Below are positions 47,450 to 57,593 of a DNA stretch of 64,000 nt, piece by piece (within the stretch, counting starts at the first letter, position 1; each line of letters starts with the position of its first letter). Source of the stretch: Culturomica sp. (lineage in GTDB: Bacteria > Bacteroidota > Bacteroidia > Bacteroidales > Marinifilaceae); the NCBI GenBank assembly GCA_031262745.1, contig JAISHE010000022.1, forward strand, positions 27,120 through 91,119, written 5' to 3'. The translations under genes and the position numbers were made by a program. The notes beneath the pieces were generated by a model. The model was not told the DNA's origin. It saw only the letters and a program-made list of their open reading frames with translations, and ran no database searches.

Positions 47450-49060
47450 ATGATTAGAATAAAAAAATATACGGTATTATATTCAGCACTTGTTGCTTTG
47501 TTTATGACAAGTTGTGTGGATATGGACACCAAACCGAATGCAGCATTCGTAACTTCCGAGCAGAAAGAGGATGTTTATGAGTCTAATCCGGATATGGTTA
47601 AGGCAAGTGTTACCGGTATAACTTCGCTTTTTAGCATATATGGTAACTCTTCAAGTGTCATTTTGGGTTCATTGCGGCATAGTGATATTGGTTATGGTTC
47701 AATTATGTTATCAACGGATTCAAGAGGTATGGATTTTGTGTCGGAATCAACGGGTTACAATTGGTTTAGTGGCGGAGTTGAATTTTCCGATAATTTAAAA
47801 ACCAGTGACGAGACTTATATGATTTGGATGACAATTTATAATCAGTTGAATGCAACGAGACTTATTACTTCTGTTATTGATCCGGCTACGGACAATGAAG
47901 AATTGCAGTTTTATCTTGCACAGGCATTGACTATACGTGCATTCGATTATTTTACTTTGGCACAATTGTACCAATTTAATTACGTCGGTCATGAAGATGC
48001 ACTTTGTGTGCCTATAATAACTGAAAAAAATGCTGACGATGTAGCTGTAAACGGTGCTGCTCGTGCTACGGTTCGTGCAGTGTATGACACTATTATGAGT
48101 GATTTGAATAAAGCTGTAGAATTGTTGGAATCGTCTTCTGTTGAAAGAGATGATAAGCGTTATGTTAACAAAGCTGTTGCTTATGGCTTACGCGCACGTG
48201 TGAATTTGACTATGCAAAATTGGGATGCTGCGGCAGCAGATGCAAAGAAAGCAATTGACGAAAGCGGTGCAACTCCTTATACTATTGCACAAGTGCAACG
48301 ACCGGCATTCAGTGATATTGAAGATAATTCTTGGATGTGGGGTATATTAATTGCCGAAACCGACCGTGTGGTTACTTCCGGTATTGTCAACTTCCCATCT
48401 CACATGGGTTCGTTGAACTATGGATATGCTTCCGTTGGTGCATGGCGTCGTGTTAGCGAGGCTTTATATAATTCTATTCCGGCAAGCGATGTGCGCAAGG
48501 GATGGTTCTTGGATGGAGATAAAAAATCTGCTAATTTGAATCCTGCTGAGCAAAGCTATATCGTTAATACGGCTGGTGCACCTGCATACACGCAAGTAAA
48601 GTATGCTCCTTATAAAGGAGAACTTTATACGAGTGAAAATGCTTGCGATATTCCGTTGATGAGAATAGAAGAGATGTACCTTATCTTGGCAGAAGCCCAA
48701 GCTATGGGAGGAGATCCTGCAACAGGTAAAACAACTTTGGAGAATTTTGTTAAAACTTATCGTAATCCGTCGTATACTTGTACTGCTTCTACACCGGAAG
48801 GTGTGCAGGATGCCGTTTGGTATCAACGTCGTTTGGAATTATGGGGTGAAGGTTTGTCATATTATGACATTATGCGCTTGAAGAAAGGTATTGATCGTCG
48901 CGGTGCAGGTTTTCAAGCAGAATATGTTTTCAATATTCCTGCCGAAGATAATATACTTATCTATCGTATACCGGAAAGAGAAGAACAAACTAATCCTTTG
49001 ATTTCAGATGCCGATAACAATCCGGCAACTTCTACACCGAGTCCTGTTACAGATTTTTGA
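47450..49060 (+). CDS. SusD/RagB-family lipoprotein (locus 1)
   Basis: Lipobox LFMTSC at the ATG 47450 start. RIEEMYLILAEA and RRLELWGEGLSYYDIMR motifs. Confidence 0.85.
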   Translation: MIRIKKYTVLYSALVALFMTSCVDMDTKPNAAFVTSEQKEDVYESNPDMVKASVTGITSLFSIYGNSSSVILGSLRHSDIGYGSIMLSTDSRGMDFVSESTGYNWFSGGVEFSDNLKTSDETYMIWMTIYNQLNATRLITSVIDPATDNEELQFYLAQALTIRAFDYFTLAQLYQFNYVGHEDALCVPIITEKNADDVAVNGAARATVRAVYDTIMSDLNKAVELLESSSVERDDKRYVNKAVAYGLRARVNLTMQNWDAAAADAKKAIDESGATPYTIAQVQRPAFSDIEDNSWMWGILIAETDRVVTSGIVNFPSHMGSLNYGYASVGAWRRVSEALYNSIPASDVRKGWFLDGDKKSANLNPAEQSYIVNTAGAPAYTQVKYAPYKGELYTSENACDIPLMRIEEMYLILAEAQAMGGDPATGKTTLENFVKTYRNPSYTCTASTPEGVQDAVWYQRRLELWGEGLSYYDIMRLKKGIDRRGAGFQAEYVFNIPAEDNILIYRIPEREEQTNPLISDADNNPATSTPSPVTDF

Positions 49061-49088
49061 TTTATTAAAGGTTTTTAATTAAAGAAAT

Positions 49089-49940
49089 ATGAAAAATTTA
49101 AAGTTTTTAATATCGGCGGTTCTACTCGCGATAATAACAAGTTTCGCATCTTGTAGTCAGGATGGATTTTGGAGCGAGTATGAAACGGCAGAGCAATCTT
49201 TTAGCTTTGCGCAAGCTTCATCTAACATAGCGTTAGATGCAACTAACGGTGAAGTAACTTTGAAAGTTGTTAGAACAACAACTAATGGAGTTTTGGAACT
49301 TCCAATAATAGCTAATTTCGGTGCTTTTGAATCAACTTTCACTGTACCTTCTTCCGTATCTTTTGAAGACGGTAGTGCGTCTTCCGAGATAATTGTAGAA
49401 TTTTCGGGTATAAATCCGGGTGAAACTTATACAGGTACACTTTCACTGGGAGAAGGTGCAACAATTTCTGTTACCGGTAATGCTACATGTAAGTTAACCT
49501 TAAAGATGAATCTTGTTTGGGAAGAACTTGGAGTTGGTCAGTGGACGGACGGATTGGTACTTCCTCTTTTTGGAGCTGCCCCCATAATATATCCCGTAAC
49601 TGTTTTCAAAGCTCAGGGAGTCGACGGTCTTTATCAGGTGGCTCCTTATCTTTATAATGTATTTCCTTATACGGCAGAAGATGAAGTTGTCGGAGAAGGT
49701 AAAATCGTAATTGATGCGAGAGATCCGCAAGCCGTATTTGTTGAAGCGGCAGGAACCGGTATTGATTGGAACTATGGAGAGATGTTTATAGGAAGTGTTT
49801 ATGGAAACTTATCTTCCAATATAACTGCATATCCTTTGGGAACAGTTAGCGGAAAAACAATAGATCTCGGTGCAATGTTTGTTGCAGACGATGACGGAAG
49901 TTATGTGATCGGCGAACCTGTAACGTTGGTATTGCCATAG
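49089..49940 (+). CDS. Hypothetical surface lipoprotein, 283 aa (locus 1)
   Basis: Lipobox SFASC. Third gene of the SusCD locus. Confidence 0.6.
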   Translation: MKNLKFLISAVLLAIITSFASCSQDGFWSEYETAEQSFSFAQASSNIALDATNGEVTLKVVRTTTNGVLELPIIANFGAFESTFTVPSSVSFEDGSASSEIIVEFSGINPGETYTGTLSLGEGATISVTGNATCKLTLKMNLVWEELGVGQWTDGLVLPLFGAAPIIYPVTVFKAQGVDGLYQVAPYLYNVFPYTAEDEVVGEGKIVIDARDPQAVFVEAAGTGIDWNYGEMFIGSVYGNLSSNITAYPLGTVSGKTIDLGAMFVADDDGSYVIGEPVTLVLP

Positions 49941-49979
49941 TAAATTACTAAGTAGGATATTATTTAATTTTAATGTTGG

Positions 49980-50013
49980 AGGCTATCTCATTTTGATGAG
50001 GTAGCCTTTTTTT
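49980..50013 (+). terminator. Rho-independent terminator
   Basis: AGGCTATCTCAT pairs with ATGAGGTAGCCT (12 bp, one G.U), followed by TTTTTTT. Confidence 0.7.
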
Positions 50014-50085
50014 CGTTGTGGTAACGGATTAAATTAGTTTTTTGATGTACTTCTGGTTTGAACGACAACCAATCTATTCTCCGAG

Positions 50086-50768
50086 AAATTGCAATCGTTT
50101 TCGTTTCGGATCACATCTGATTTGTATTTTTCAAAGTTTTATTTGTAAGATTTGTTAAAAATTTAACATCATAAGTCTATTTACTCTTCAATAATTAAAC
50201 TTTACAACGTAGGTATGTCGGACAAATCCTGAAGCATAGCGTCAATTAAAGATTTTTTTCAGTTTAAAGATGTTAGGCATTTATTGTTTTTCATAAAATT
50301 TCACATATCTTTGCATTCGTAAATGTGTTTTTTGTCTTTTGAAACATGTTGCAATGATAAAATTAGAGGTGTTGGTGTCATACAAAGGGGGGAGGATTCA
50401 AAAACGTGGAATTATTTTAAAATACTAATTTATAAACATGTCTAACTTAAACTAAATTTTATGAGAAAATTGTTAGTATCGACCATTGCGGTGTTGTTTG
50501 CAAGTTTTCAGCTTGTGATGGCACAGACGCAAATCAATGGTACTGTTACGGACGGGACGGGTGCTCCTCTACCGGGTGTTTCAGTTAAGGTTAAAGGCAC
50601 TTCAACCGGTACTGCTACCCATGTGGATGGCACTTATTCATTGAATGTTGCTTCCGACGCGACCATTGAGTTTTCTTTTATGGGTTTCAAAACTCAGGAA
50701 ATTGCAGTAAACGGTAAAACTACCATTAATGTAACAATGGTTGAAAGTTCCGAGTTGCTTGATGAAGT
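50086..50768 (+). repeat. Copy 2 of the ~690-bp direct repeat
   Basis: See copy 1. The offset between copies is about 6.21 kb. Confidence 0.85.
50306..50313 (+). promoter_or_regulatory. -7 promoter box TATCTTTG of SusC locus 2
   Basis: TAnnTTTG match at the position homologous to 44096-44103. Confidence 0.5.
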
Positions 50769-53415
50769 TGTTGTAACAGGATCTTATGGTACGGGTAGAG
50801 CTCTTAGCTCAATGACCGGTGCCGTATCAGCTGTGAGAAGTGATAAACTGAAAGACCGTCCTATTGCCAATGCGGCTGATGCTTTGCAGGGGCAGGTGGC
50901 AGGTTTGCAAGTTTTCATGTCTTCGGGTGAGCCAAGTGCAGACTTCACTATGCGTTTACGCGGTGTAAACTCGATCAATGCCGGTAACACGCCTTTGCTC
51001 CTTATGGACGGAATACCCGTAACATCATCGGCTTTCAATGCAATAAATGCCAATGATATAGAAAGTATAGTGGTGTTGAAAGACGCTTCCGCAACTGCAA
51101 TCTACGGTTCACGTGCTGCTAACGGTGTGTTGATTGTAACAACCAAAAAGGGCAACGCTTCATCGAAACCGATTTTGCAGGTTAAAGCTCAATATGGCGT
51201 ATCTGCGCTTGCAGAAGACAATTTGCCTATGATGGGTGGTTTGGAATACTTGAATTTCAAAGAACTGGTTGACCCGACTTTGGTTTCCAATCAATCATTT
51301 CAGGAACATAAGGCTTTTGTAGAAAAGTATAATATCAACACCAACTGGAGAGATTTTCTTTTCAAGAGTAATTCTCCTGTTTACGAAGTGAATGCTTCCG
51401 CAACAGGTAAAGAAGGTAGAACCAGCTATTTTATTTCTGCCGGTTATTTAAATCAGGATGGTATCACTCACCACTCTTCTATGGATCGTATGAATCTTCG
51501 TACGAATCTTGTAACCGAATTAAGTAAGTATGTGAAAGTGGGTGTTAACATCGGTTTATCTCACCAAAGATACCGCACGACTTTCTCAACAAGTAACGGT
51601 TGGTATAACCCTGCGAACTATGCACGTTGGGCAGACCCGTCTTATTCTCCCTACACTTATACGATAGAAGGAGATAAACTCGTTTACGGTGAACCTTGGG
51701 TGTTTAGCGAAGAAATGGGATTATACAATGCAAAATCCGTTATGGAAGGACAGCCTGCTGTGAGAAAGACAAGCCGTATTATAGGTGGTTCTTTTATTGA
51801 GATCACTCCGATTGAAGGTTTGACCATTAAATCTTCTCAGGCGATGGATGCTTTTGATTATTTATATGACAGGAAAGTGTATCCCAGTGGAATTTTAGGA
51901 CCCACCGGTACAAGAAGTAAATTACCGCAAAGGTATTATTCATTTACTTTCACAAATACAGCCGAGTATAAATATACTTTTAAGGAAGATCATAATTTCA
52001 CGTTGCTTGCAGGTCAGGAATCAATTATTCAAAAGACTGATTTTTTTCAAGTTACAGCAGCAGGTCAAACCGATGACCGTTTGTTGCAGTTAAGACCCGG
52101 TGGAACAGTTACCATTGCGGATGAAAAACTCACCGAAACGGTATTCAATTCATATTTCGGTCGTATAGAATATAACTATCAAGAAAAATATTTTATTGAT
52201 TTGTCTTTACGTACCGACGGCTCTTCACGTTTTGCACCCGATGCACGTTGGGGTACTTTCTATTCGGTAGGTCTTTTGTGGGATGCCAAGAAAGAAAATT
52301 TCATGAGTAATGTGAATTTCGTGGATGATTTGAAAGTGCGTTTGAGCTACGGTTCAACCGGCAACTCAAGCATTGACGATTATCTTTATATAGGTTCGTT
52401 AAGTTCGACAAGCAGGTATAATACTGTCCCTGCTACGACGCTTGGAACTGTTCCCAATAACGATTTGACTTGGGAAACCGTAACAACTTTCAACTTGGGT
52501 TTACAAGCTCGTTTGATGAAGAATTTGAACGTAGAATTGGATTTCTATAAGAAGACTACTTCTGATATGCTTTTGAGTGTGCCTTACAGTTTGACTACGG
52601 GTCATGACTCGGGTTATGGTAATGTAGGCGAAATGACAAATACCGGTATTGATGCTCAGGTTTCTTATAATATTTTTAACAGAAGCGATTTGTCTTGGAC
52701 GGTTTCGGCTAATTTCAACTACAACAAGAATGAAATTACGAAATTGTATGAAGGTATTGATGAATTTGAATCCGCAGGTACCGGTTTGAAATTTCAGGAA
52801 GGACATGCTTACGGTGAGTTCTACTATGCAAAATATGCCGGTGTAAATCCTGCTAACGGCGAACAGTTGTGGTACACACCGGAAGGAAACGTAACCAATG
52901 TGTATTCGGAGAATTTGAAAGTTTTCACAGGCAAACAGAGGTTTGCACCTTTTGCAGGAGGTTTTTCAACTCAATTTATGTGGAAAGGTTTGGGAGTGTT
53001 TGCCGATTTCTCTTGGGTATTGAATAAATATTCTGTGAATAACGACCGCTATTTTGTTGAAAACTCTGCTAATGCAACAGATCAGAACATGTCTAAATCA
53101 ATGCACAGAATGTGGACGACTCCCGGTCAGATTACCGATATCCCGAGAGCAGGTCAACGTCCGGAATTCGATAGTCGTTTCCTTGAAAATGCTTCTTTCG
53201 GTCGTTTGAAAAACTTGACGATTTCTTATGATTTGCCGAAAAACATTTTGGACAAGACAGGTTTCTTGGGTGGAGCACGTGTGTATGTAACAGGTCGTAA
53301 CCTTTTGACCTTAACCGATTACAGTGGTTTTGATCCTGAGGTAGACTCGAACTTACAATTGGGTAACTATCCTAATACAAAACAGTATCAGGTTGGTATT
53401 GAATTAACTTTCTAA
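50461..53415 (+). CDS. SusC/RagA-family TonB-dependent outer-membrane transporter (locus 2)
   Basis: The first ~96 aa are nearly identical to locus 1. The remainder is only distantly similar. C-terminal LTF. Confidence 0.9.
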   Translation: MRKLLVSTIAVLFASFQLVMAQTQINGTVTDGTGAPLPGVSVKVKGTSTGTATHVDGTYSLNVASDATIEFSFMGFKTQEIAVNGKTTINVTMVESSELLDEVVVTGSYGTGRALSSMTGAVSAVRSDKLKDRPIANAADALQGQVAGLQVFMSSGEPSADFTMRLRGVNSINAGNTPLLLMDGIPVTSSAFNAINANDIESIVVLKDASATAIYGSRAANGVLIVTTKKGNASSKPILQVKAQYGVSALAEDNLPMMGGLEYLNFKELVDPTLVSNQSFQEHKAFVEKYNINTNWRDFLFKSNSPVYEVNASATGKEGRTSYFISAGYLNQDGITHHSSMDRMNLRTNLVTELSKYVKVGVNIGLSHQRYRTTFSTSNGWYNPANYARWADPSYSPYTYTIEGDKLVYGEPWVFSEEMGLYNAKSVMEGQPAVRKTSRIIGGSFIEITPIEGLTIKSSQAMDAFDYLYDRKVYPSGILGPTGTRSKLPQRYYSFTFTNTAEYKYTFKEDHNFTLLAGQESIIQKTDFFQVTAAGQTDDRLLQLRPGGTVTIADEKLTETVFNSYFGRIEYNYQEKYFIDLSLRTDGSSRFAPDARWGTFYSVGLLWDAKKENFMSNVNFVDDLKVRLSYGSTGNSSIDDYLYIGSLSSTSRYNTVPATTLGTVPNNDLTWETVTTFNLGLQARLMKNLNVELDFYKKTTSDMLLSVPYSLTTGHDSGYGNVGEMTNTGIDAQVSYNIFNRSDLSWTVSANFNYNKNEITKLYEGIDEFESAGTGLKFQEGHAYGEFYYAKYAGVNPANGEQLWYTPEGNVTNVYSENLKVFTGKQRFAPFAGGFSTQFMWKGLGVFADFSWVLNKYSVNNDRYFVENSANATDQNMSKSMHRMWTTPGQITDIPRAGQRPEFDSRFLENASFGRLKNLTISYDLPKNILDKTGFLGGARVYVTGRNLLTLTDYSGFDPEVDSNLQLGNYPNTKQYQVGIELTF

Positions 53416-53427
53416 ATTTAAAACTAA

Positions 53428-54936
53428 ATGTCGATGAAAAAAATAATACTTTCATTAATAGTTGTAATAGGTATTCTTTCTGTTGCTTGCGACATGGATA
53501 AGAAGCCTTACGACAAAATTGCGACAGAAGATGCTCTGCAATCTATCGGAGATTTTTCTTCGTTACGCAATGGATGTTATGCTTATGTAAGAACCCTTTT
53601 CACCGGAGACTACATAATTGCACCCGAAATTCAGGCTGACGCTGTGCATGCGGTGGTTGACTATTCAAATACTTACGGACAAGAGTATGTGTGGTCGTTC
53701 ACAGCGGGAGACATCGGTCAATTTCAAACTTACTACGCTTTGATAAACGTTTGTAATCTATTAATAAACAAAGGAAGCGAATTGATGCCTACGTTCACTG
53801 CCGCAGATCAGGCTACTTTAAATCAATACATGGGAGAAGCTTATTTGTTGAGAGCTTTGGCTTACGAAGAATTAGCAATGAGATTCTGCAAGGCTTATAA
53901 GTCTTCGACGGCTGCAAGCGATTTGGGTTTGCCTTTGGTAACGGAATATTCTCCGAGTGGTAATTCGGCTTCATATCCCGCACGTGCAAGTTTGTATGAC
54001 ACATATCAATTGATTTTGGGCGACTTGACCGAAGCCACAAATCGTTTGACAACGGCAGGTTCGGCTAATGCAAGATATGCAACTAAGGATGCCGTAACTG
54101 CTTTGAGAGTCAGAGTGGCTCTTCAAATGGGAGATTATCCTACTTGTGTTAGTTTGGCAGAGCCTTTCTTGAATGCGGAAACTTATCCTCTTGTAAATAC
54201 GAAAGCGGACTTTGCTCAAATGTGGGTTAATGATAATTCTACGGAAACTATTTTCCAGCCTTTTGTTTCGGCTACGGAATTGTCAACAGCTTTGGGAACT
54301 TATTTCATAAATGCAGCAGGATCCGATGAATCGAGTCCTACTTTTGCACCGAATCCTACATTTATTCCCGAACAAGGTATATTGGATATGTATAACAAGG
54401 CAAACGATATTCGTTTCTCTGTTTATTTCCAAGGATGGTACGTAACAATGAGTGCGGGAACAGCTCCGTTGTATTTGTGTTACAAATATCCCGGCAATCC
54501 CAATATTGTAAGTACAATTACAACTAAGTTTATTAACATGTTCAAGGTGTTCCGTGTTGCGGAAGTTTGGTTAAACTATGCGGAAGCAGCGACTCAGGTT
54601 GATGAAGGTAAAGCTTTGGAAGCATTGCGCACGTTGCGTAGAGCCAGAATATTAGGTTATGTTGACGAAACTTTCGGTGGAGCAGCTTTGGTTAATGAAA
54701 TACGTAAAGAAAGACAAAAGGAATTCTTTATGGAAGGACGTCGTTTGTGGGACTTGAAGCGCTATGGAGAAGGATTGACCAGAACCGCACCGCAAAATCC
54801 CGATTTTGTATATCTTAACGGTAATTCAACAACGACAGACATAAACAAACCGGCAGACGATTTCCGCTTTGTTTGGCCCATACCTCATCATGAAGTGGCT
54901 GCCAATCCTCAAATGGAACAGAATCCGGGTTATTAA
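53428..54936 (+). CDS. SusD/RagB-family lipoprotein (locus 2)
   Basis: Lipobox LSVAC and an AEVWLNYAEA motif. ATG 53434 is an alternative start. Confidence 0.85.
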   Translation: MSMKKIILSLIVVIGILSVACDMDKKPYDKIATEDALQSIGDFSSLRNGCYAYVRTLFTGDYIIAPEIQADAVHAVVDYSNTYGQEYVWSFTAGDIGQFQTYYALINVCNLLINKGSELMPTFTAADQATLNQYMGEAYLLRALAYEELAMRFCKAYKSSTAASDLGLPLVTEYSPSGNSASYPARASLYDTYQLILGDLTEATNRLTTAGSANARYATKDAVTALRVRVALQMGDYPTCVSLAEPFLNAETYPLVNTKADFAQMWVNDNSTETIFQPFVSATELSTALGTYFINAAGSDESSPTFAPNPTFIPEQGILDMYNKANDIRFSVYFQGWYVTMSAGTAPLYLCYKYPGNPNIVSTITTKFINMFKVFRVAEVWLNYAEAATQVDEGKALEALRTLRRARILGYVDETFGGAALVNEIRKERQKEFFMEGRRLWDLKRYGEGLTRTAPQNPDFVYLNGNSTTTDINKPADDFRFVWPIPHHEVAANPQMEQNPGY

Positions 54937-54955
54937 TTTTAAATAAGTTTTAATT

Positions 54956-55807
54956 ATGAGAAAATTATATATTTTATTATCGCTTGCTCTGCTTGCTATT
55001 TTTGCAACGAGTTGTAAGAATGATGAAATCACTTACAATGGACCGGCATTCCTGCAGTTTGACAAGTCGCTTTCTTCACTTTCCGTGAGAGAAGGTACGG
55101 ACGGTATTTTGACTGTAAATATAACTATAAGTCAGGAACAGGCACAGGATGTTACTTGTGGAGTCGCAATAGTTTCGACAACAGGTACCGAAGGCACCGA
55201 TTTCGAATTGCTTGACAATAGTATAACGATTCCTGCCGGTCAGTATTCGGCACCGGTTAGAGTGAAGGGTATTTATGATAATTTAACACCGGAAGGGATA
55301 GATATCAATTTGAAAATAACTTCAAATGATGCAAGTTTGTTTCAGGAAGATATTCCGACTGATTGCAAGATCACTTTGACCCGTTTCTTTGAAATCACAG
55401 ATGAGTGGTTGGAAGGTGTTTGGGATGCTACCGATTATTATTTAGACGAAGGCAATGGTTATGAATCGATAGCGTATGATTACCAGTTGTTAATTACTAA
55501 GGTGTCGGAAACAGAAGTTGAAATATTGAATATCGGAGGTTGGATGAGTGTGATCACCGGTACTCTTGATGTTGAAACCGGCACTATTTCCATACATCCT
55601 GATCAGATTCTTGCGGTTCATCCGACCTATGGAAATGTTTATATGGATTGGTGCGATGGTGCTTATTTCAATAGAACTAAACCTATTACAGCAGAACTTA
55701 CTTTTAGAGGTATCACTATTCCGGAGTGGGGTGATTTTGTAAATGATTATTCTGCAGGTTCTGCTTTCGGAATATATAATACTGTACTTACAAAATCTGT
55801 AGAATAA
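54956..55807 (+). CDS. Hypothetical surface lipoprotein, 283 aa (locus 2), Calx-beta-like N-terminal segment
   Basis: Lipobox FATSC. GTDFELLDNSITIPAGQYSAPVRVKG resembles a Calx-beta-type repeat. Confidence 0.6.
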   Translation: MRKLYILLSLALLAIFATSCKNDEITYNGPAFLQFDKSLSSLSVREGTDGILTVNITISQEQAQDVTCGVAIVSTTGTEGTDFELLDNSITIPAGQYSAPVRVKGIYDNLTPEGIDINLKITSNDASLFQEDIPTDCKITLTRFFEITDEWLEGVWDATDYYLDEGNGYESIAYDYQLLITKVSETEVEILNIGGWMSVITGTLDVETGTISIHPDQILAVHPTYGNVYMDWCDGAYFNRTKPITAELTFRGITIPEWGDFVNDYSAGSAFGIYNTVLTKSVE

Positions 55808-55871
55808 TAATAATTTAATTAAGGTCTAAAATACGGTAGTCGTATTTGCCGAATAAAAAATTATTTAATGT

Positions 55872-55910
55872 GAAGGGTATTTCCGGCTGACGGGAATGCC
55901 CTTCTTTATT
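55872..55910 (+). terminator. Rho-independent terminator
   Basis: GAAGGGTATTTCCG pairs with CGGGAATGCCCTTC, followed by TTTATT. Confidence 0.6.
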
Positions 55911-55940
55911 AGATTTTAAACAATAATAAAAACGAACAAT

Positions 55941-56615
55941 ATGAAAAGACAGATTTTATTAACGTTATTTGCAACGGCTTATCTGCTTGTCAATGCACAA
56001 GATATTCATACTACAATTGATAATTTCAGAGTGAGTGTGGTTGAAAGTAATGATTTGAAAAGCAAACGTTATCTTGATTTGATTGACGGGAGTCCTTTTT
56101 TGAACGACGAATGGTCGGAAGGGGAGGTGATAATGCGTAACGGCAAAAAATACACCTACTATATGAAATACATGATTTACAATGATGAGATATGGACAAG
56201 TAATCATGAAGATACTATTAAAAAGTTGAATGTAACCGATGCTGTGGCATCCGTATTGTTAGACGGGCATCGTTTCATTTTAGCCGATTACGAATTTAAA
56301 CATGAAACGAAAACAGGTTTGATGGAGACTTTGGGTAGTGCCGGCGATTTTGAATTGTTGAAACTCTACACCAACGAATTTAAGAAGGCTACTAAGGCAG
56401 GAGCATATAAAGCGGCAGAGAGAGATAAGTTCACAACTAAAACTTTCCTATATTATCGTATAGATGAAGAAACCGCTAACCTTTTACCTAAGAAAAAAGC
56501 GGATTTCATAGCTCTTTTCGGAGAGGAACAAGCTCATGTTAAGGAATTGATGGACAAAAATAAACTTAAGGTCAGGGAGGCTGATATTCTCGAACTGCTC
56601 AAGCTACTAAATTAG
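55941..56615 (+). CDS. Hypothetical secreted protein
   Basis: Signal peptide MKRQILLTLFATAYLLVNAQ. No family recognised. Confidence 0.55.
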   Translation: MKRQILLTLFATAYLLVNAQDIHTTIDNFRVSVVESNDLKSKRYLDLIDGSPFLNDEWSEGEVIMRNGKKYTYYMKYMIYNDEIWTSNHEDTIKKLNVTDAVASVLLDGHRFILADYEFKHETKTGLMETLGSAGDFELLKLYTNEFKKATKAGAYKAAERDKFTTKTFLYYRIDEETANLLPKKKADFIALFGEEQAHVKELMDKNKLKVREADILELLKLLN

Positions 56616-56805
56616 CTGTTCAATATCGGATCCGTATACGTTTTCGCAAGTTGTTCTTAACTTAAATGGTTCGTTTTCGCAAAATATCCACAAATTTTAC
56701 ATCAAAAATGAAAAAATATTGAAAAAAACCCATTTTCTATTTTTTGTGGGGCTAAATTGAGGGGAGTATGAAATCTCAAATATAAATTTTTAAACAAATT
56801 TTCTT

Positions 56806-57294
56806 ATGAATGAAAATCTTCATCAAAAATCAGTCCCTGCCGAAGTGATTGCGCAGGTACAAGAGAAACTCACAGAGGTACAAACTCTGCTCGCTCCCTA
56901 CTCATTGTCGTTAACACCTTCCGAACGTCAGGAAATTCCGAAGATGGGAGAGAAAACCGTTAGTTTTGTTAAAAAGGCGTATGAATTTGCTACTGCCTAT
57001 GTTGATCTCCGTCCTCCATATCTCGATACGGTGGCTTATGATGCAGATATGGGTGATTCTACGAATCTTCTCATTATCGGCAATCTTACCGAGCAAATAG
57101 AGCAGACGCTTGACGATGTTGAAATGATTGCGGGCAGTGAAGCTTATCAGGCGTCGTTGTTGTTCTACAACTACACTAAGGTGTTGGCGAATCAAGACAT
57201 TCCCAATGCAAAAGCGGTGTATGACGAGCTGAAAAAGCGGTTTCCGAATCGTGGTCGTTTGTCTGCTAACGCCAAGAATGTTCCGGAACAATAG
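56806..57294 (+). CDS. Conserved hypothetical protein (LTPxER...PKMG family common in Bacteroidota)
   Basis: LTPSERQEIPKMGEKTVSFVKKAYEF ... GSEAYQASLLFYNY ... LKKRFP pattern. Ends at TAG, but the frame stays open for 41 more codons. Confidence 0.6.
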   Translation: MNENLHQKSVPAEVIAQVQEKLTEVQTLLAPYSLSLTPSERQEIPKMGEKTVSFVKKAYEFATAYVDLRPPYLDTVAYDADMGDSTNLLIIGNLTEQIEQTLDDVEMIAGSEAYQASLLFYNYTKVLANQDIPNAKAVYDELKKRFPNRGRLSANAKNVPEQ

Positions 57295-57446
57295 TCTTCC
57301 CTGAAAATTGTCAATGAGGGAACTTATACCCTCACAACAGATGATGATAGAAAACCTACTTACATTACGTTTACCAGCGTAAATGATCCTGATGTATGGT
57401 TCACAGTGCATGTACAATAGTACTGTACTAATCGTACTAATAAAAA

Positions 57447-57476
57447 AGAGGAGGACAAAAGTGTCCTCCTCTTTTC
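57447..57476 (+). terminator. Rho-independent terminator
   Basis: AGAGGAGGAC pairs with GTCCTCCTCT (10 bp perfect), followed by TTTT. Confidence 0.75.
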
Positions 57477-57593
57477 TATGCGGTACATCCCCTTGAATTC
57501 GATATTACGGATTAGGAATTTCTGATTCAACTGTCATAAGACATTGCGCAAAAGCACAATGATATTTCCATCTTCTACTTCCTGAAAACGTAG

